A stretch of 63,851 nt of DNA, filler included, from Cercozoa sp. M6MM (taxonomy: Eukaryota; Protista; Endomyxa: Ascetosporea): the NCBI GenBank assembly GCA_040357565.1. It is 10 parts of 10 records of this genome, joined end to end, with 100 filler letters (N's around TTAATTAATTAA, not from the genome) between each part and the next. Parts side by side here need not be neighbours in the genome. Positions count along the whole stretch, not along the records: positions 1 to 26,365 come from JBDODJ010000148.1; positions 26,466 to 34,572 come from JBDODJ010000567.1; 8 more parts are not named here. One strand, written 5' to 3'. The notes below the pieces were generated by a model. That model saw nothing but the letters and a program-made list of their open reading frames with translations. It made no database searches and was not told the origin of the DNA. Positions within the stretch are counted from its first letter, which is position 1. Each line of letters starts with the position of its first letter. The position numbers and the translations under genes are program-made. Positions 12,746 through 28,040 of the stretch are shown here, piece after piece.

Positions 12746-13620
12746 CTACGACATACGATAGCCACCGCGGCCGTAGCTCCAAGCCTCCGGCTTCAGTCGA
12801 GTCCCCCGTCCGCCCACTCGGCTGGAACGCATATTTACCGAATCATCTGTTGCGGGAGGGAAACCAGAAACTAAGGCATTGAAGACGACTAAGTAAAGAA
12901 GTTTTAAAGAGGGCATCGAAAGCTTGACGTGAAGGCCTGTTGAAAGCAATAAGCTCTACAGTCAAAGTGCGTGAGCTGTAGCAAAGCTTGACCGAAGCTA
13001 AGAAGTCAGGTTTAGCAAAACAAATCCCTCTATAGCCATAACCATTTGATCGCCTGCACTGGCGAGCAGTCTAAACTTAAGTTTACTGGTTGTTGTTCGT
13101 GATTTTCGTTCAGTCAGTTGTTTTCGTTCAGTCAGTTGTTTTCGTTCAGTTGTTTTCGCTATTTTCGGCTGCACTTCTGGTAAGCACACCCTGCGTTGGT
13201 AACAGGCGAGTGCGACGACGGCGAAGCTTGCGCGGAGAAGCTACGAGTTCTGTAGGGGAAGCTGCGAGCTGCTCGGAGGACGAAGGAGTGCTTGTAGTTT
13301 CCGTCTTCATTTTGACCCGTTCCCGCAAGAAGTGCAGTTTTATCGAAATTATCAGCAAGACGGCCATTATCACAGACTGCCAGTCAATGCCGAAAATCAC
13401 ACAATTTTAAACACCACCGAGGGTTTCCCCACTGACCCGACTGGTGACCCTACCTGCACGATCAACACAACACTTTGCCACCGTGTGAAGTCATGCGAAC
13501 AGGCGCACTGGCACCCGTTTCTGCAAACAAACGCACGCCCAAGAACTCTTCGTGTCGTTAAAGCTGATCTACACACCCTCTCCGCAACTCGAGCTCTGCC
13601 AAGTGTTCTTTTGAGGACAT
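12746..13620 (-). CDS. Possible low-complexity Ser/Arg-rich protein
   Basis: Short exon-like frames (TETTSTPSSSEQLAASPTELVASPRKLRRRR; MRSSRVGGRGTRLKPEAWSYGRGGYRMS*). Gene model unresolved. Confidence 0.3.
13103..13160. repeat. 18-bp minisatellite TTTTCGTTCAGTCAGTTG, about 3 copies
   Basis: Directly visible tandem repeat. Confidence 0.8.
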
Positions 13621-13901
13621 TTTGGTTCCGCTACGCGAACTGGACTGGGACGTTGCACAATAACGCCGATTAGAGCACTTCGGCAGCTTGCGAGAACGAA
13701 CAACTGCAGGCTGCAGACCTGAAGCCCAGAGACTGGCAGCCTGGGGTGACCATGACAGATGAATTGATCCCAAACAGACAGTATTTTATTTAAAGGGGGG
13801 TTAACGCGATGTCGACAGCCACTGTGCTGTGTGCCAGCTCTTGGCGCCTGCTACGGCTGCTTGGCATGCAAGCACCCAGAACAGTCAAGGACGCACAAAG
13901 A

Positions 13902-14830
13902 TGCCGAAACAGCACGCGATACGTACCGTGCCACTATTGTGTCGCGATCAGAATAAGGACACTATGGCGTGCAATATTGCTTTTCGATAAATCTCTGCGC
14001 ATGTAGGTTCCTACACTGTGGCAGCGGCCGCGCTAGTGTGCGCCGGCGTCGGCGTTGGTGTGTGGATGGCCACCTGGAGGAGACGCACATCTGTGTGCAC
14101 TGGCAGGGGTACATTTCTCTGTTCTCAGGCAGAAAGTGAAAGCTATGTCGGATTCTGCGTCCAGGAAGTGACGAAGAGCTGCCGTTGTGTCCAGAGGACA
14201 CATCGAAACCCAACACACAGGTACCGTTTTCACGCCAATCGTGGGCACATCTGGAACTGTCTATTCTGTAGATGGTGGACTGGAGTGCCTTACTGCAAAG
14301 AGAGCTTCAACCGCATCGAAAAAGGTCAGAAGATCTTTGATTGACTAAAGTAGTGTTAAAACAGTTGTGTGCAGGAGAGAGTTATTGGACAAGCCACTGG
14401 ACCGAAGTGTATTCTACTCCTCATTGTTCTCTTTACGAGTAAGAGAGTCAAGCATAACAGAATCGCGTATCGGCCGAACGTTCGCTTGATGCGCTTGATC
14501 AACTACATGTATCTATTCCCTTGGTGTTTTTGGACGAATGAGTGCAAAAATGCTGCTATCTGATAAACAGACGGCGCGAATGGTTCGAACACGCGCTTCG
14601 CGCGAAGAAAGACGGCGTTTGATGCGACAACGCCGCTGGCGCTCGGACCCTGTGCCACGTACCGGGGTTTCTTTGTGTAAACTATGCTACTTCTTTATGG
14701 CATACGAACGACCTGAACAGAATTAGCAAAAAAGAAGGCCGACGTTGAAGAACAGGGCGAGGCATCAGAGACAAAGGAAAGCAAGCCAAAGCTGAGAAGG
14801 CAACACTCCGACAGTGGTGCTTCAAGTTTT
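13902..14830 (+). CDS. Possible small multi-exon gene with N-terminal hydrophobic segment
   Basis: GT-AG-bounded exons (AAAALVCAGVGVGVWMATW; MVDWSALLQRELQPHRK; MVRTRASREERRRLMR). Frame linkage uncertain. Confidence 0.3.
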
Positions 14831-15352
14831 ATGCGTTTGTCTGAGTTTCAATTGCTTTTAATGTGTACCATATAATCTGGTTCAGGTGCACTTGCCCTGT
14901 TGTCATGTTTGGATGATCTGGACGACGAAGTTGTCGTGTCTGGCTGATCTGGAACCTGCAACCGTTCGAGTAAAGCGCGGACATACTGTACGATAGACGA
15001 TAGTCGAGTTCCCTTCGCGTCATTCGCTGCTCACTTCACCGCCCGATTCATGCCAAAAGTCTGAGAACGCAAGGACAAGGCAGTACTATCCAACCCAGCC
15101 GGGAGTTGCGACTCGCCGCGGCGTCAGATCTATCGCGAGACGACTTGGAGGCGTTTCCTGCTGCCTTCTCTTGTTCAGTTACGTACAGTACTAGTTACTA
15201 GTGTTGCGTATCGTTCCCTAGCGTAGATCGGCCCGGCTAGGCTGGCCGCTGGGCGAGAGACGACCAACCAGGTCGAAACGTACATAGCTTCCTGTGGTAT
15301 TTAGAGTTTTAGGCGACCTGCAGCGTGGCTCTAGCGCACATTGGCGCTTTTC

Positions 15353-17627
<2,275 letters not shown>

Positions 17628-17979
17628 CATATGCGTAATCATGCATGTCCGCCTCTGGTACCGTCTGCCCATGCATGGTGCGCGAAGACGTGATCTGCCG
17701 GCCATGGCGTCTCGCTTGGTGCGGCGTGGTGTTGATGCGTGCCCACGCACCGCGTGATGCGAGCCAATACCGATAACGTCCTAAATGTACGAGTTAGGTA
17801 TACATAGTACGCGTCACATTTATGTATACTAGTATAATTTGATTAACTTGAGCTGCCGGTGCCTCCATATTCGATTAAATGTGAGGTGTAGCCAGTTTAA
17901 AGGAGCCATATTTCTGCGTAGTTACGGTCGGGTGTAAATACGTTACCCTGGTTCTCGGGGTGAGTTGAGTTTAGTAGGG

Positions 17980-20900
17980 TCAGCCAGCAACGTCTGTGGA
18001 ACGTGGAGGCGCTAACTGGCGGTGCACACGATTCGTCAGTGACAATGGGTCAGGCAGCATAAACAGCGCAGGTGCAATGTCGCGTATCCTCCTCATTTGG
18101 ACAGCGTCAAACGCTACAGCACCGTCACGAATCTGCCGCACACGTTGCAAAAGTCGTTCAACATCGTCGGTGCTGCATGGCCATTTGATCAACTGTTGTT
18201 TCTCTGGCAGAAAGGACAACACCTCCCACAACACCTGCAGCGTTTAAACCTTCTGCACTCAAATCTCTAAAAAACAAGAACTGGACCGTACCTCAGGTGG
18301 AAAGCAACGACCGCTGGATTGGAAATGTTGCTGAACGGTGCCATAGAGCGACGACAACATCTCACAGTGAGCAAAAATCAACTCTGCGCAGAAATGCGCA
18401 CTCACTTCCAAAGGTGACAGTGTGGTCTCGCCGTTTTCGCAGTTCTTTGACGTTTTTCCTATCTTATTCAGAATCGCGTCAAAGTGGGCTTTAACGAGAG
18501 TCTAAGCAGGTGCGTGAGCTTTCAGAAGTCAAGAAATGGAAAGTTCTATAAAGTACCAAGATTTCACTGTGAGACGGTCGACCGAACCGAAAGATGATGT
18601 CGCAGAGGAGTGGAATCACAAAAGTCATGAACTCAGTTTTGGGCAGTTTGCCTTCGGGTGCCTTGCTCAACTGATTCGCTGTCAACAACACTGCAACAAA
18701 AAGAAATTCAAAGGGGCAAAGAGTTGCAAAAAGCAAAATGATTAAACCGAGTGCGTCGACATGGGTGCCTTCAAATGCCTTGTCTTCTTCAATCGTATGA
18801 CTGGACACTGCGGATGCAGACAAAGCCGGAATGCAGTCGCTTCCATCGAGGTACTCAAATCGCGTATGTCGGCGCTGTCGCTGTCGATTTTGGCGCTGTT
18901 GTTGCGCAGGTTGCACCTGGTGCTGTGGTTGCTGTTGCTGTGGCAGAAGCCGGAGTCTGGACTGCTGATTTGCAAGCGGGGTTATCCATTGTAACGGTGT
19001 TAATTGATGCAGCTGCTGTACTTCTCGCTGTCGCTGCCGTTGCTGCAGTTGATGCCATTGTTGCGCCAGCATTTGAAAATATAGCTGAAGTGGGTGCTGT
19101 TGCGGTTGCTGCTGAAACAACAGTGGTTGATGGAGCTGTTGCAACTGAATCTGCACATGTGGTTGCTGCTGTCGGTGTTGCTGCTGCGTGTGAGTGCGTT
19201 GGTCATGCGGCTGCTCCACTCGCACGTTGATTACTTTGACTAAACCAACGCATGAGATGTGCGTAGAAAACAAATTCAGACAGTAATACCAGAGTCCGGT
19301 TCCGCGGAGGCTCCTATCTTTTGCTTCTTTTGCGGCTGGGCGCCAGCCATAGCATGCTGCTTCTCCTCTGCACGCCGCTTTTCGTTTGCGCGCTTGCTTT
19401 CAATTTCGATTCGCTGATACTCTAGTATCTTTCGACGCCGTTGTTCATTGTGATCCAGCAACCAGTTGTGCAATTGCCTAAGGCAAACAAAACAAAATGC
19501 AGGACCTGCATAATTCACTTTTAAGGCCAAACTACACGATACCTTCGATGCGTTAACTTTTTCATGATAGAAGAGTCAGAGAGAAAACTCAGCGTCGTGA
19601 AGTGACCAGGTTCGTTACTGATTGGAACTGCAACTTTCTTCTTTCTACAGGAAGAAAGAAACTAATTTTGTGTTAGAAAACCGAATCCAAATACAAATTT
19701 TACAGGTCCACGCCAAGCAATGCCAACGTGCGCGTGCGACGAATTGCTCTTGGCCAATGAGTCATCGCAAGACTAAACAACACCTACAGGTATCGTCAGA
19801 TGAGCTCATTCAGTAGGTAAACACGCACACAGGCACAGGCGGCGTTGCTTCCTGAATATTGCTTCCAAAAAGAGTTAGCACTCGAAACCACGTCATGACA
19901 GGTAGCTTGAATGCGTAGGCACAAGCGGGTAGTGTGTCGATGTTCTGTGCTCATAAGTGTACATCACTCCAAAGTGTTTTTAAGTATAAAATTATTATGT
20001 ACAACGATACAGCCAAAGGGGAACACCAGAGAACAACGACACAACAGACAAAACATGGACTGAACTTTCACATTTGGACGAACCGTCACCGATAAGATTT
20101 TTTGACAGTCTTTCGAGGACAAACCTGGTGAACCAAATTTGCAGCTCGTATCTCAAAAGTGAAAGTTTGGTCTAAGTTTAATTTACCAAGCTCAGTTGGT
20201 GGGTGAACAACGACGCCGAGGTTAATGTGCCTTTTCGGGTCGCGACAGTGCATGTTTTTGAAGTACGCTTCGATAGAAGGTGCTTCGGCACAAGAGTTGT
20301 CTCGACTGAGCACAGCGTCCACATGATCTTGTGAGTCCAGCTTCAATGTCCTCGTCATCCACTTTGAGCCGGAACAACTTCAACACGCTCGCGAGGGCTT
20401 TGACTGAAGCGAAAAGAGCCGTTGGAATTGCAAACAATGGCGAACGTGTCATTGTTTTACCGCAACGCATGTCTCCCACGTGCGACATTCGCATGCGCAG
20501 TATCACAAGGTTCCGACGAGGAAAGAATCGTGGTCTGCCATGTTGACAACTCCAAATAGATGATCAAGGTTCCCTGAATATTAACGAGGTATGAGGAGAG
20601 TTACGAGAAGAAAATTGCGCAGTTGTTGGTGCACACTGCTCGAACTGCCTGTTCATGGCGCTCTCCAAAACACGCTGCGACGACGGAACAAAGAAGTTCT
20701 GACAGGAAGAATCGTGGTCCCAATGCGAGCATGGACTACAAAGGATTCTGCGAATTTTGAAGTTTATATTCTCGAAGACGCCGATGGTAAATTTACAAAC
20801 AGGGTCCAAGTTCTAAACGAAAATGAGGATCCAAACTGACACACACCTTTGCTGCTGCGCACAGAAGCGAGGCTGACTTCCGCCTGTCCACCACAGTGCC

Positions 20901-21000
20901 AAGTGACAGGCAGGTTGGTTATGTTCGATGCTTTAGGTGACGCGAGTTGCAAAACAGTTTTGTTTCGTTGCATGGCTACATTTTTTGACCCGCGCTATCA
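17980..21000 (-). CDS. Uncharacterised Gln-rich protein with coiled coil and NLS (PQKKQK)
   Basis: Exons at 19580-19280 (EQRRRKILEYQRIEIESKRANEKRRAEEKQ), 19230-18750 (Q-rich) and 18234-17980 join via GT-AG introns. 5' extent uncertain. Confidence 0.5.
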
Positions 21001-21321
21001 TGGTGACGAATAATAGGTGGAGTTACTCAGTGGAACATGGGCAAATCTCATGCCCTGAAGTCAGTACTTGGACAAAACAAAGAGGCGAGAGACAGGCAGA
21101 GACGACGTTTGCTGTAGAAAAGGTGGCTACGGTGCAGCGATTTCTTGACAAAGTCGAGTCACAGCGCTAAGCGAGTAGGTGTACGCGTGTGTCATACTTC
21201 TGATCGTTAGTTCGGTATAATCCTCGCGGTCTCTTCACACGCAGGGTGAGAACAGATGCTGAGCCTTTCGCTTTTATCCAAGTTTTGTACGTGGTGTGTT
21301 CTCTTGTGCAGAGCAAAGAAG

Positions 21322-21974
21322 ATGGCGTTATACGCGGCCTCGGTGACGAGTGAGCCGGTGTCGCTAGTGGTGCTGGACACGGCAGTGTTCCTGCTGGGCG
21401 ACACACAGGTGCACAACCTGGGTGCCGACACTCGGTATGTGACGACGCCGGGTGTCGTGTCCGAGGTGCGCGACGAGAAAGCGCGCCGTCTGTTTGAAAC
21501 GTTCCCGTATCCGATCGAAGTGCGTTCACCGTCAAATGACTCGCTGCAGTTTGTGCGCCAGTTCGCCGCGCAAACCGGCGATCTATCGGCCCTCTCGGCC
21601 GTCGATCTCGGTGTGCTCGCGCTGGCACATGAGTTCGAGCTCAGTCACAACGGTGTGTTTCGCTGTTTTGTCCACTGCCTGGTGCCTCGTTGTATTCTCT
21701 CCGTGTTGTAGGCATGCGTTTCCTCCGCGAGTCGCCCAAGACCAAACTGCCGGTGGCGCCGAAAGCCGCCGGTGCCAATGCACCAACTGCGACTGCGACG
21801 ACGCGTCCGGTACTACCCGACTGGGTTCCCCTATTTTGTCTGTTATAACTTGACGTTTCTTGCAGGCCGCGGAGAAACGCGCGGCGCCGCTGTCGTCGCT
21901 GTCATCGCGTCCCGTGCGCTCGCTCTGCGTGGACGACCTGCTCTTCCTGGTACACTTGTCTGCAGTGAAGGCGA

Positions 21975-22057
<83 letters not shown>

Positions 22058-22067
22058 NNNNNNNNNN

Positions 22068-22121
<54 letters not shown>

Positions 22122-23494
22122 TGTGTGTGTGGTGTGTGTGTGTGTGTGAGTCAAGGAGGTGTACAAAAACAGACTGCCGAGGAGTTCGAGCGCAAGCACC
22201 CGCCGCTGAGTGCTGATGCTGTACAGGCGGAAGAGTCCGCCACCGTCGAGCCTGACAAAGAGAAGAAGCAGCAGGAGCAAGAGCACTCGCACGAAGAGTC
22301 GGAGGAGAACGAAGAGGAAAAGCAAGAGCAAGTCGACGAGACACCCAAGGTGGGAACGCCCAAGACCGTCTCGTTTGCTGCTGCAGTTGCTGCTGCCAAG
22401 CCTGCGTACCGTGCCCTTTTCATTGCCTACCCATACCAAGAGTCTGTATGTATATATACCTAAGGTATGTGCAATATGCTTAGCAAGGAGGAAGAAGACG
22501 ACGGCTTCATGGAGGTGAAGCGACGGCGCCGCGGCCGACGACGAAAGCAGCACGAGCGCGGCAGCCTGCGCGCCGCATGGGAGCGTGCTTTTGAGCAGGG
22601 CGACTGGGTCGGCACCGGTGCCGATGACGACAACAACAAGGCCTCGACCCCGGAGTCGCCGGTACCTTTGCGCCTTCCCCCTTATGTTGTAGCCGTTATA
22701 ACCCTATCCCCCATAGGACACACCTGCACCAACACCGGCCTCGGAGTCGGTCAGTGGGGATAGCAAGGCGCCCAACTCTGGCTCTGGTCCTCGCGAGGAA
22801 GTGTCGACGATTGCGTGTGTCACGACGGATTACTCGATGCAAAACGTGATGCTGCAGATGGGCCTGCGACTGCTGGCCGTGAGTGGACGCACCATCCGGC
22901 AAGTCAAGCAGTGGGTTCAGCGCTGCTACGCATGCCTGCGCTTCACCACCACGGACGCCAACCGACGCTTCTGCGGCAAGTGCGGCTCACCGACACTCGT
23001 GCGCGCCTGTGTCGTTGTCGACAAGCGGGTACATATGTCCCTTGTGAGCCTACTTACGCACTACACGCCCTACCTTGCTTGTGGTGGACAGGGCCAGGTG
23101 CACTACCGCATGCCGACGGCGCAGTTGGAATCCCGACGAGGCAAGAAGTTCTCGATTCCGGCACCTGTGTCGGGCAAGCAAGCCGCCCTCAAGAACTTCA
23201 TTCTCCGCGAGGACGATTGGAAGGAGGCACAGCGACGTGCGCGCCGCCAGGGAAAGGTACCCACGGTCTTTGTTTTTGCGCTTTCTTTTGTGTTTTCCTG
23301 TCCTCCTCGCGTTTTACCCTTGTACGCAGTCCCGCCACACGTCGACACACCACTCGGCCTCGGACGCCATGGCCATGGAGTTCGGCCTACGTCCGGTTCC
23401 GCAGATGCGCGTGCGCACTGTCATCGGCGCCGGCTCAAGGAATCCCAACAAGGCGCAGATCAAGCGCAAGGGCCGCAACCGTCGTCGCAAGTAA
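21322..23494 (+). CDS. NOB1: 20S pre-rRNA D-site endonuclease NOB1 (PIN domain plus Zn ribbon)
   Basis: VVLDTAVFL, TTPGVVSEVRD, TGDLSALSAVDLGVLAL, ACVTTDYSMQNVMLQMGL, CYAC...FCGKCGSPTL, RGKKFSIP, and C-terminal SRNPNK...RRK*. Confidence 0.95.
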
Positions 23495-23650
23495 ATTTTA
23501 CCGGCGAGAGACTCTGTCGAATGCTACGCTGCGGCTGTTGCCGTGGCAACTGCACGATCGGAAGACGTCGAGCATGCGACATACGATACGGCTTGAAATT
23601 TTAGACACGTATGTCAATTCTCAGCCAAGCCTACCTAGACGAGGATTCAT

Positions 23651-26310
23651 TTAACGCAAGTCCTCCCCTAGATTCCCCAAGTTAGTTCGGTAGCGTAGAG
23701 TCGAGTGACTGACAAGAAACGGAATCGCCCTCAGTCCGTGCTCTAGGATAAACAGAGCTCGATCGACGGTAGAATCATAGAAGCAACGGATCGAGAAGAG
23801 AATGCGGCCTACAAGAGACACCGAAGAATTCATACAACTGAAACATGACAAAAACAAACTGAGAGGAAACTGAGGATCTTTGTACGGAGGTGGCAAGAGC
23901 GTGGCTCGTTGCATGTCTCGAGTCACAGCACCCATATCACTTCTCAGCGATTTAGTGCCTTGCACTAGAAAAACAGTGTTAGGATTTAGCGGGCTGACAT
24001 GTACAAGCAAGGTACAGACAGCTAGAAGCTCGGACAGGCGCATCCATTCGCGACACTCGTTGTGCACAGGCTGCGCTCGAACAACATAATCAAAAGCACA
24101 GGTGAAAATCCATGATATGTACCGGTAGGAACATGACAAAATCAGGGTGTGACGCGTCACACCTACAAGCAAAACACTTGTAGGATTGAAACATCAACAA
24201 ACGTAAATAGAATGACCACAGATCGCCACGCAGTTTCGCAAGTGCTTGTGCACTCGCATAAGACAGGCGCGCCTCAGCGGCCCAGTTGCGCAGCTTTTCC
24301 ATATCTATCAATCAATACCATAAAATACAGCCACCTCCATGTTCACAAGGGGACAAAACTGAGATGCCTACCTTGGACGGGCTGCGAAGTGAGCAGTTGC
24401 ACCAGTTGCGTAGCAGCCACGCGCGGTAGCAGCGGCACGCCCTGACTGCCCTGCGGCACGCAGGCAAAGGCGTGTGCAGCAATACGTCGCACCGAGGGTT
24501 CTGCGCATGCGGCAACAGGTCTCCACATCAGTCAGTCAAAACCAATCGGCAAAGAAACAGTAACACAAACCTTCATCGAGCAGCAGGAGCAGCAACGAAG
24601 CGGCCGAGTCAGCGCACAGAGGCACTCGTTTAACACACTCTGTCACAGCGTAGGCGGCCGCATCCCTGTCCGCACAGATACGTTGCTCACACACACACAC
24701 ACAAACAACAAACACACACAACACAGGTGTACAGGAAGAGAACGAGTACCGAACGTCAAAGTGCACACCGTTCTTCCACTCTACAGTGGCGAGCACGTGC
24801 TGCATGAGGGCACGCCAGGCCGCGTCCATGTCAGTGTCGTCGTTGCTGGCATCGGTGGCCACACCAAGGGTACGCGCCCACAGACGCAGTACGGCTGCCT
24901 GGGCACCGGTACTGCCGCACAATGGAAGAACGCTGGTGCACTGTGCGCCCACCTGAACTGCCACCTCGCTGCTCACTGCGTGTCTACACCGACCACACAC
25001 ACGACACACGACGTGCCGCACAATCTACGACAGAATAGAGCCCGTTCACAGGACCCATTTTACCGGAACAAGAGTAGCAGAGCTTCGGCGCAGATTTGCA
25101 CCTCCTATCGCAGGCAAACATAGTTGACAATTTCAACATCCACACGGAAGGAGGACTGTATACCTGTGCATCGGAACACACGGCGAGGTGCAGACCGAGC
25201 AACGCCACAAGCGTGCTGTGGCTGTCCTGTCTCGTATACTGCTGTCGCAGTGTGCGCAGAGTCTCCACACGCACCACACGTGCCTGTGCAGAGGATAAGG
25301 ACAGAGTGAGACTGCAACACACCGAGTCTAAGTCGGCAGTACCTTGTGCGACAAAAGCTGTGCCACAGCAGTCGGTGTCACGGCACTCGCCTGCGATAGC
25401 AGCAGACGCACGGCGTGCCGCAGCATGACGTCGATTCCCAGGTCTCGGAAACCGTCCTGTGACCAGTCATAACGCACACACACACACATACGCACACACG
25501 CACAGGCAGGGGAGGTACCAGATTGCCTCGCACAAAAATGCTGTACTTGACTGCCTCGGCGTCCTGTGCGACAGGTGCGTATTGGAGAGGGGTAAGTGAT
25601 ACAGATAGGTGTGGGTACAAAAGGCAGGCCGAGACGACGCAGAAGACGGTAGAAGAGAGCCACAACGAGTGCACTGTAGTGACGGTGCAGTGCCGCAGCC
25701 ACCGTAGTAATCGCAGCAGCGATCGAACCATCAACATCATCGGTAGACTCAGTAGCCTCGGCATCGTCAGTGTCCGTGGTCACCGGCGTCGCCAGCTGCA
25801 GACACTGCGCCAGCACGCCATGCACCTCGTTGGCGCTCTGGTCTGAGCTCGCAGTTTAATTCGTACCACAGACACACAGAAACAGACACAGACACACAAA
25901 GTTACCCAGCACTGTCGATACCAGCTGCAGCTGTTGCAACAGCACCGTCTTGCGCGTGCTCGGTGGCACTACACACACGTGCGTACATATATACACACAC
26001 TCATGCACATGCGAGGAACGGACACACCGATGCTGAGAAGTGCGCGCGCTGCCATCGATCGAATCGCGCTACAGCAGGGGTGAAGGGGGTAAGGAGAATA
26101 TAGGGAACCAATGTTAAAGAAGTGTACATGTGCTTGTGGGCAGCACAACGCAGCACGAGCGGTCGGAACGGCGCAAGCACATCCTCTTGTTGCTATTGAA
26201 AGATATGCTCGGTCTGTATAACTAACAGGCTTAACAGGCATACCAGAGTATCACGCAAGGCAGTGCGCATGCGCTGAAGCATCAGCAGCACCGGGAACAA
26301 GGCACTGCAC
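23651..26310 (-). CDS. Uncharacterised large alpha-helical protein, 5'-partial
   Basis: Many short GT-AG exons with Leu/Ala-rich helical content, ending ...NLGNLGEDLR*. Truncated by the contig end. Confidence 0.6.
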
Positions 26311-26365
26311 ACAGACATACAGACACAGATACACAGACACAGACACAGATACACAGACACAGACA

Positions 26366-26465
26366 NNNNNNNNNNNNNNNNNNNNNNNNNNNNNNNNNNN
26401 NNNNNNNNNTTAATTAATTAANNNNNNNNNNNNNNNNNNNNNNNNNNNNNNNNNNNNNNNNNNNN
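26366..26465. other. Artificial contig spacer N44-TTAATTAATTAA-N44 (also at 34573, 35869, 46177, 50044, 58651, 59927, 61224, 62502)
   Basis: Nine identical 100-bp blocks whose 12-mer gives stop codons in all six frames. Confidence 0.97.
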
Positions 26466-26897
26466 GTCGCCACCATTGTCTTCCAAGCTCATCAGCTGCT
26501 CAACTTGGGACGAGCCCGTCACACGTGGGTGAATGCAAGAAAAGAAGAGTATCTGGCATCATGGAAGTACGGTAAGTAGTGCGTGATTCGCGACGCGAGT
26601 GGACGTGGTAAGTTTAATAATAACATAAGGTACGGCGAAGGTAGACGGGAAAATAATAAATAGAAGATGAGCAGACAGCTCGGCTTAGGCGAACCAGAGG
26701 CCGGGCGTTGAACGAGAGTTGTGTGCGTCTGTGTGTGTCGTATGGTAGAGATTGGTTTGTTTGCGGGTGATGAAGGTTAAGGCATACACATGATTGCGGC
26801 ATGTGCATACACAATCAGTCAGTCACTACCAAGACAATACACGCAGAAGATATGCAGGCAAGCTGGTCAAGGAAAGTGAAAGAGTACCTGGGCACGT

Positions 26898-28001
26898 CTA
26901 ACGAGGATCGTTGCCAAGCAAACGCAAAACAAGGTCTGTGAGCGAACACCAATATAAAAGTGTTGAGAGAGAGAGAGAGAGAGAGAGAGCGAGAAGAGAG
27001 GAGAGAGAAAAGAGAGGAGAGAGAAAAGAGAGGAGAGAGANNNNNNNNNNAGAGAGAAAAGAGAGGAGAGAGAAAAGAGAGGAGAGAGAAAAGAGAGAAG
27101 AGTTGAGGTACCACTGGCAGAGTGCGATCGATCGGAGGTCTCACCAGCCGTGACAGTGCTTTCGGTAAGTGCACTGCCGGTGCTGCCGCTAGCGTTGCTG
27201 CCCTTGTTCCCAGCGTGGGCGCTGTCATCGACACTGGCACCGAGCTGGTGATGATGTGCGTGTTGATGTGCGTGTTCGATAGGCTGCTGCAGGTGCATGT
27301 GGTGCTGCAGCGTCTGCTGAAACTGCGCTTGGGATACGTCGTGCTCCGCGTGCTGCTGCAGCGTGGTTTGATGGTGCTGCAGCTGTGCTTGCTGCTGCGG
27401 CTGTGGCGGCTGCTGCTGTTGGTGGTGCTGTCGCAGCAGCTCCTGCAGACTCCTGTTGCCCAGTGGGTTCAGACTCCCTACAGGCACATTAAAGGTACAA
27501 CCACTCACTGGATGTAAACAAAATCAGTGTGTCTACCGATGGCGTTGGTGCTGCCACCGGCACTCAGATTCGGACTGTGAAGCTGTGCCAAATTCAAAAG
27601 CTGACTCTGCATGCCCACATACCACACATACACATTTGAGTACAAAAGAAAGAACACAAGGACAGACAGGTACATGAAGTGAGGCGTCCATCTCATGAGG
27701 GTGACTGGCGACACCGCTGACGGCAGTGGCGCCGTGACTGTTGACCACGGACGGGTGGTCGCTGACGTTGCTGACATCGGTTACATTATTGACGGCGGCG
27801 TTGGCACTCGCGCTGGTACTCGCGCCGCTGGCGCTGGCGCTCACGTTGGCCGAGCCGCCAGTTGTGCTGAGCGTCGCCAGCTGATCCAGCCCACTCGGCA
27901 GTGGCAGTGAGGACAACACGTGTTGGGTGTTCTACACATACGCGATACATACATAAACACACAAACACAAACACACACAGGCACACACACACACACACAC
28001 G

Positions 28002-28040
<39 letters not shown>

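Noticed and set aside
26410-26421. Repeated TTAATTAATTAA as a biological element
   Set aside because: It is always centred in identical N blocks and is a six-frame-stop linker added when contigs were concatenated.
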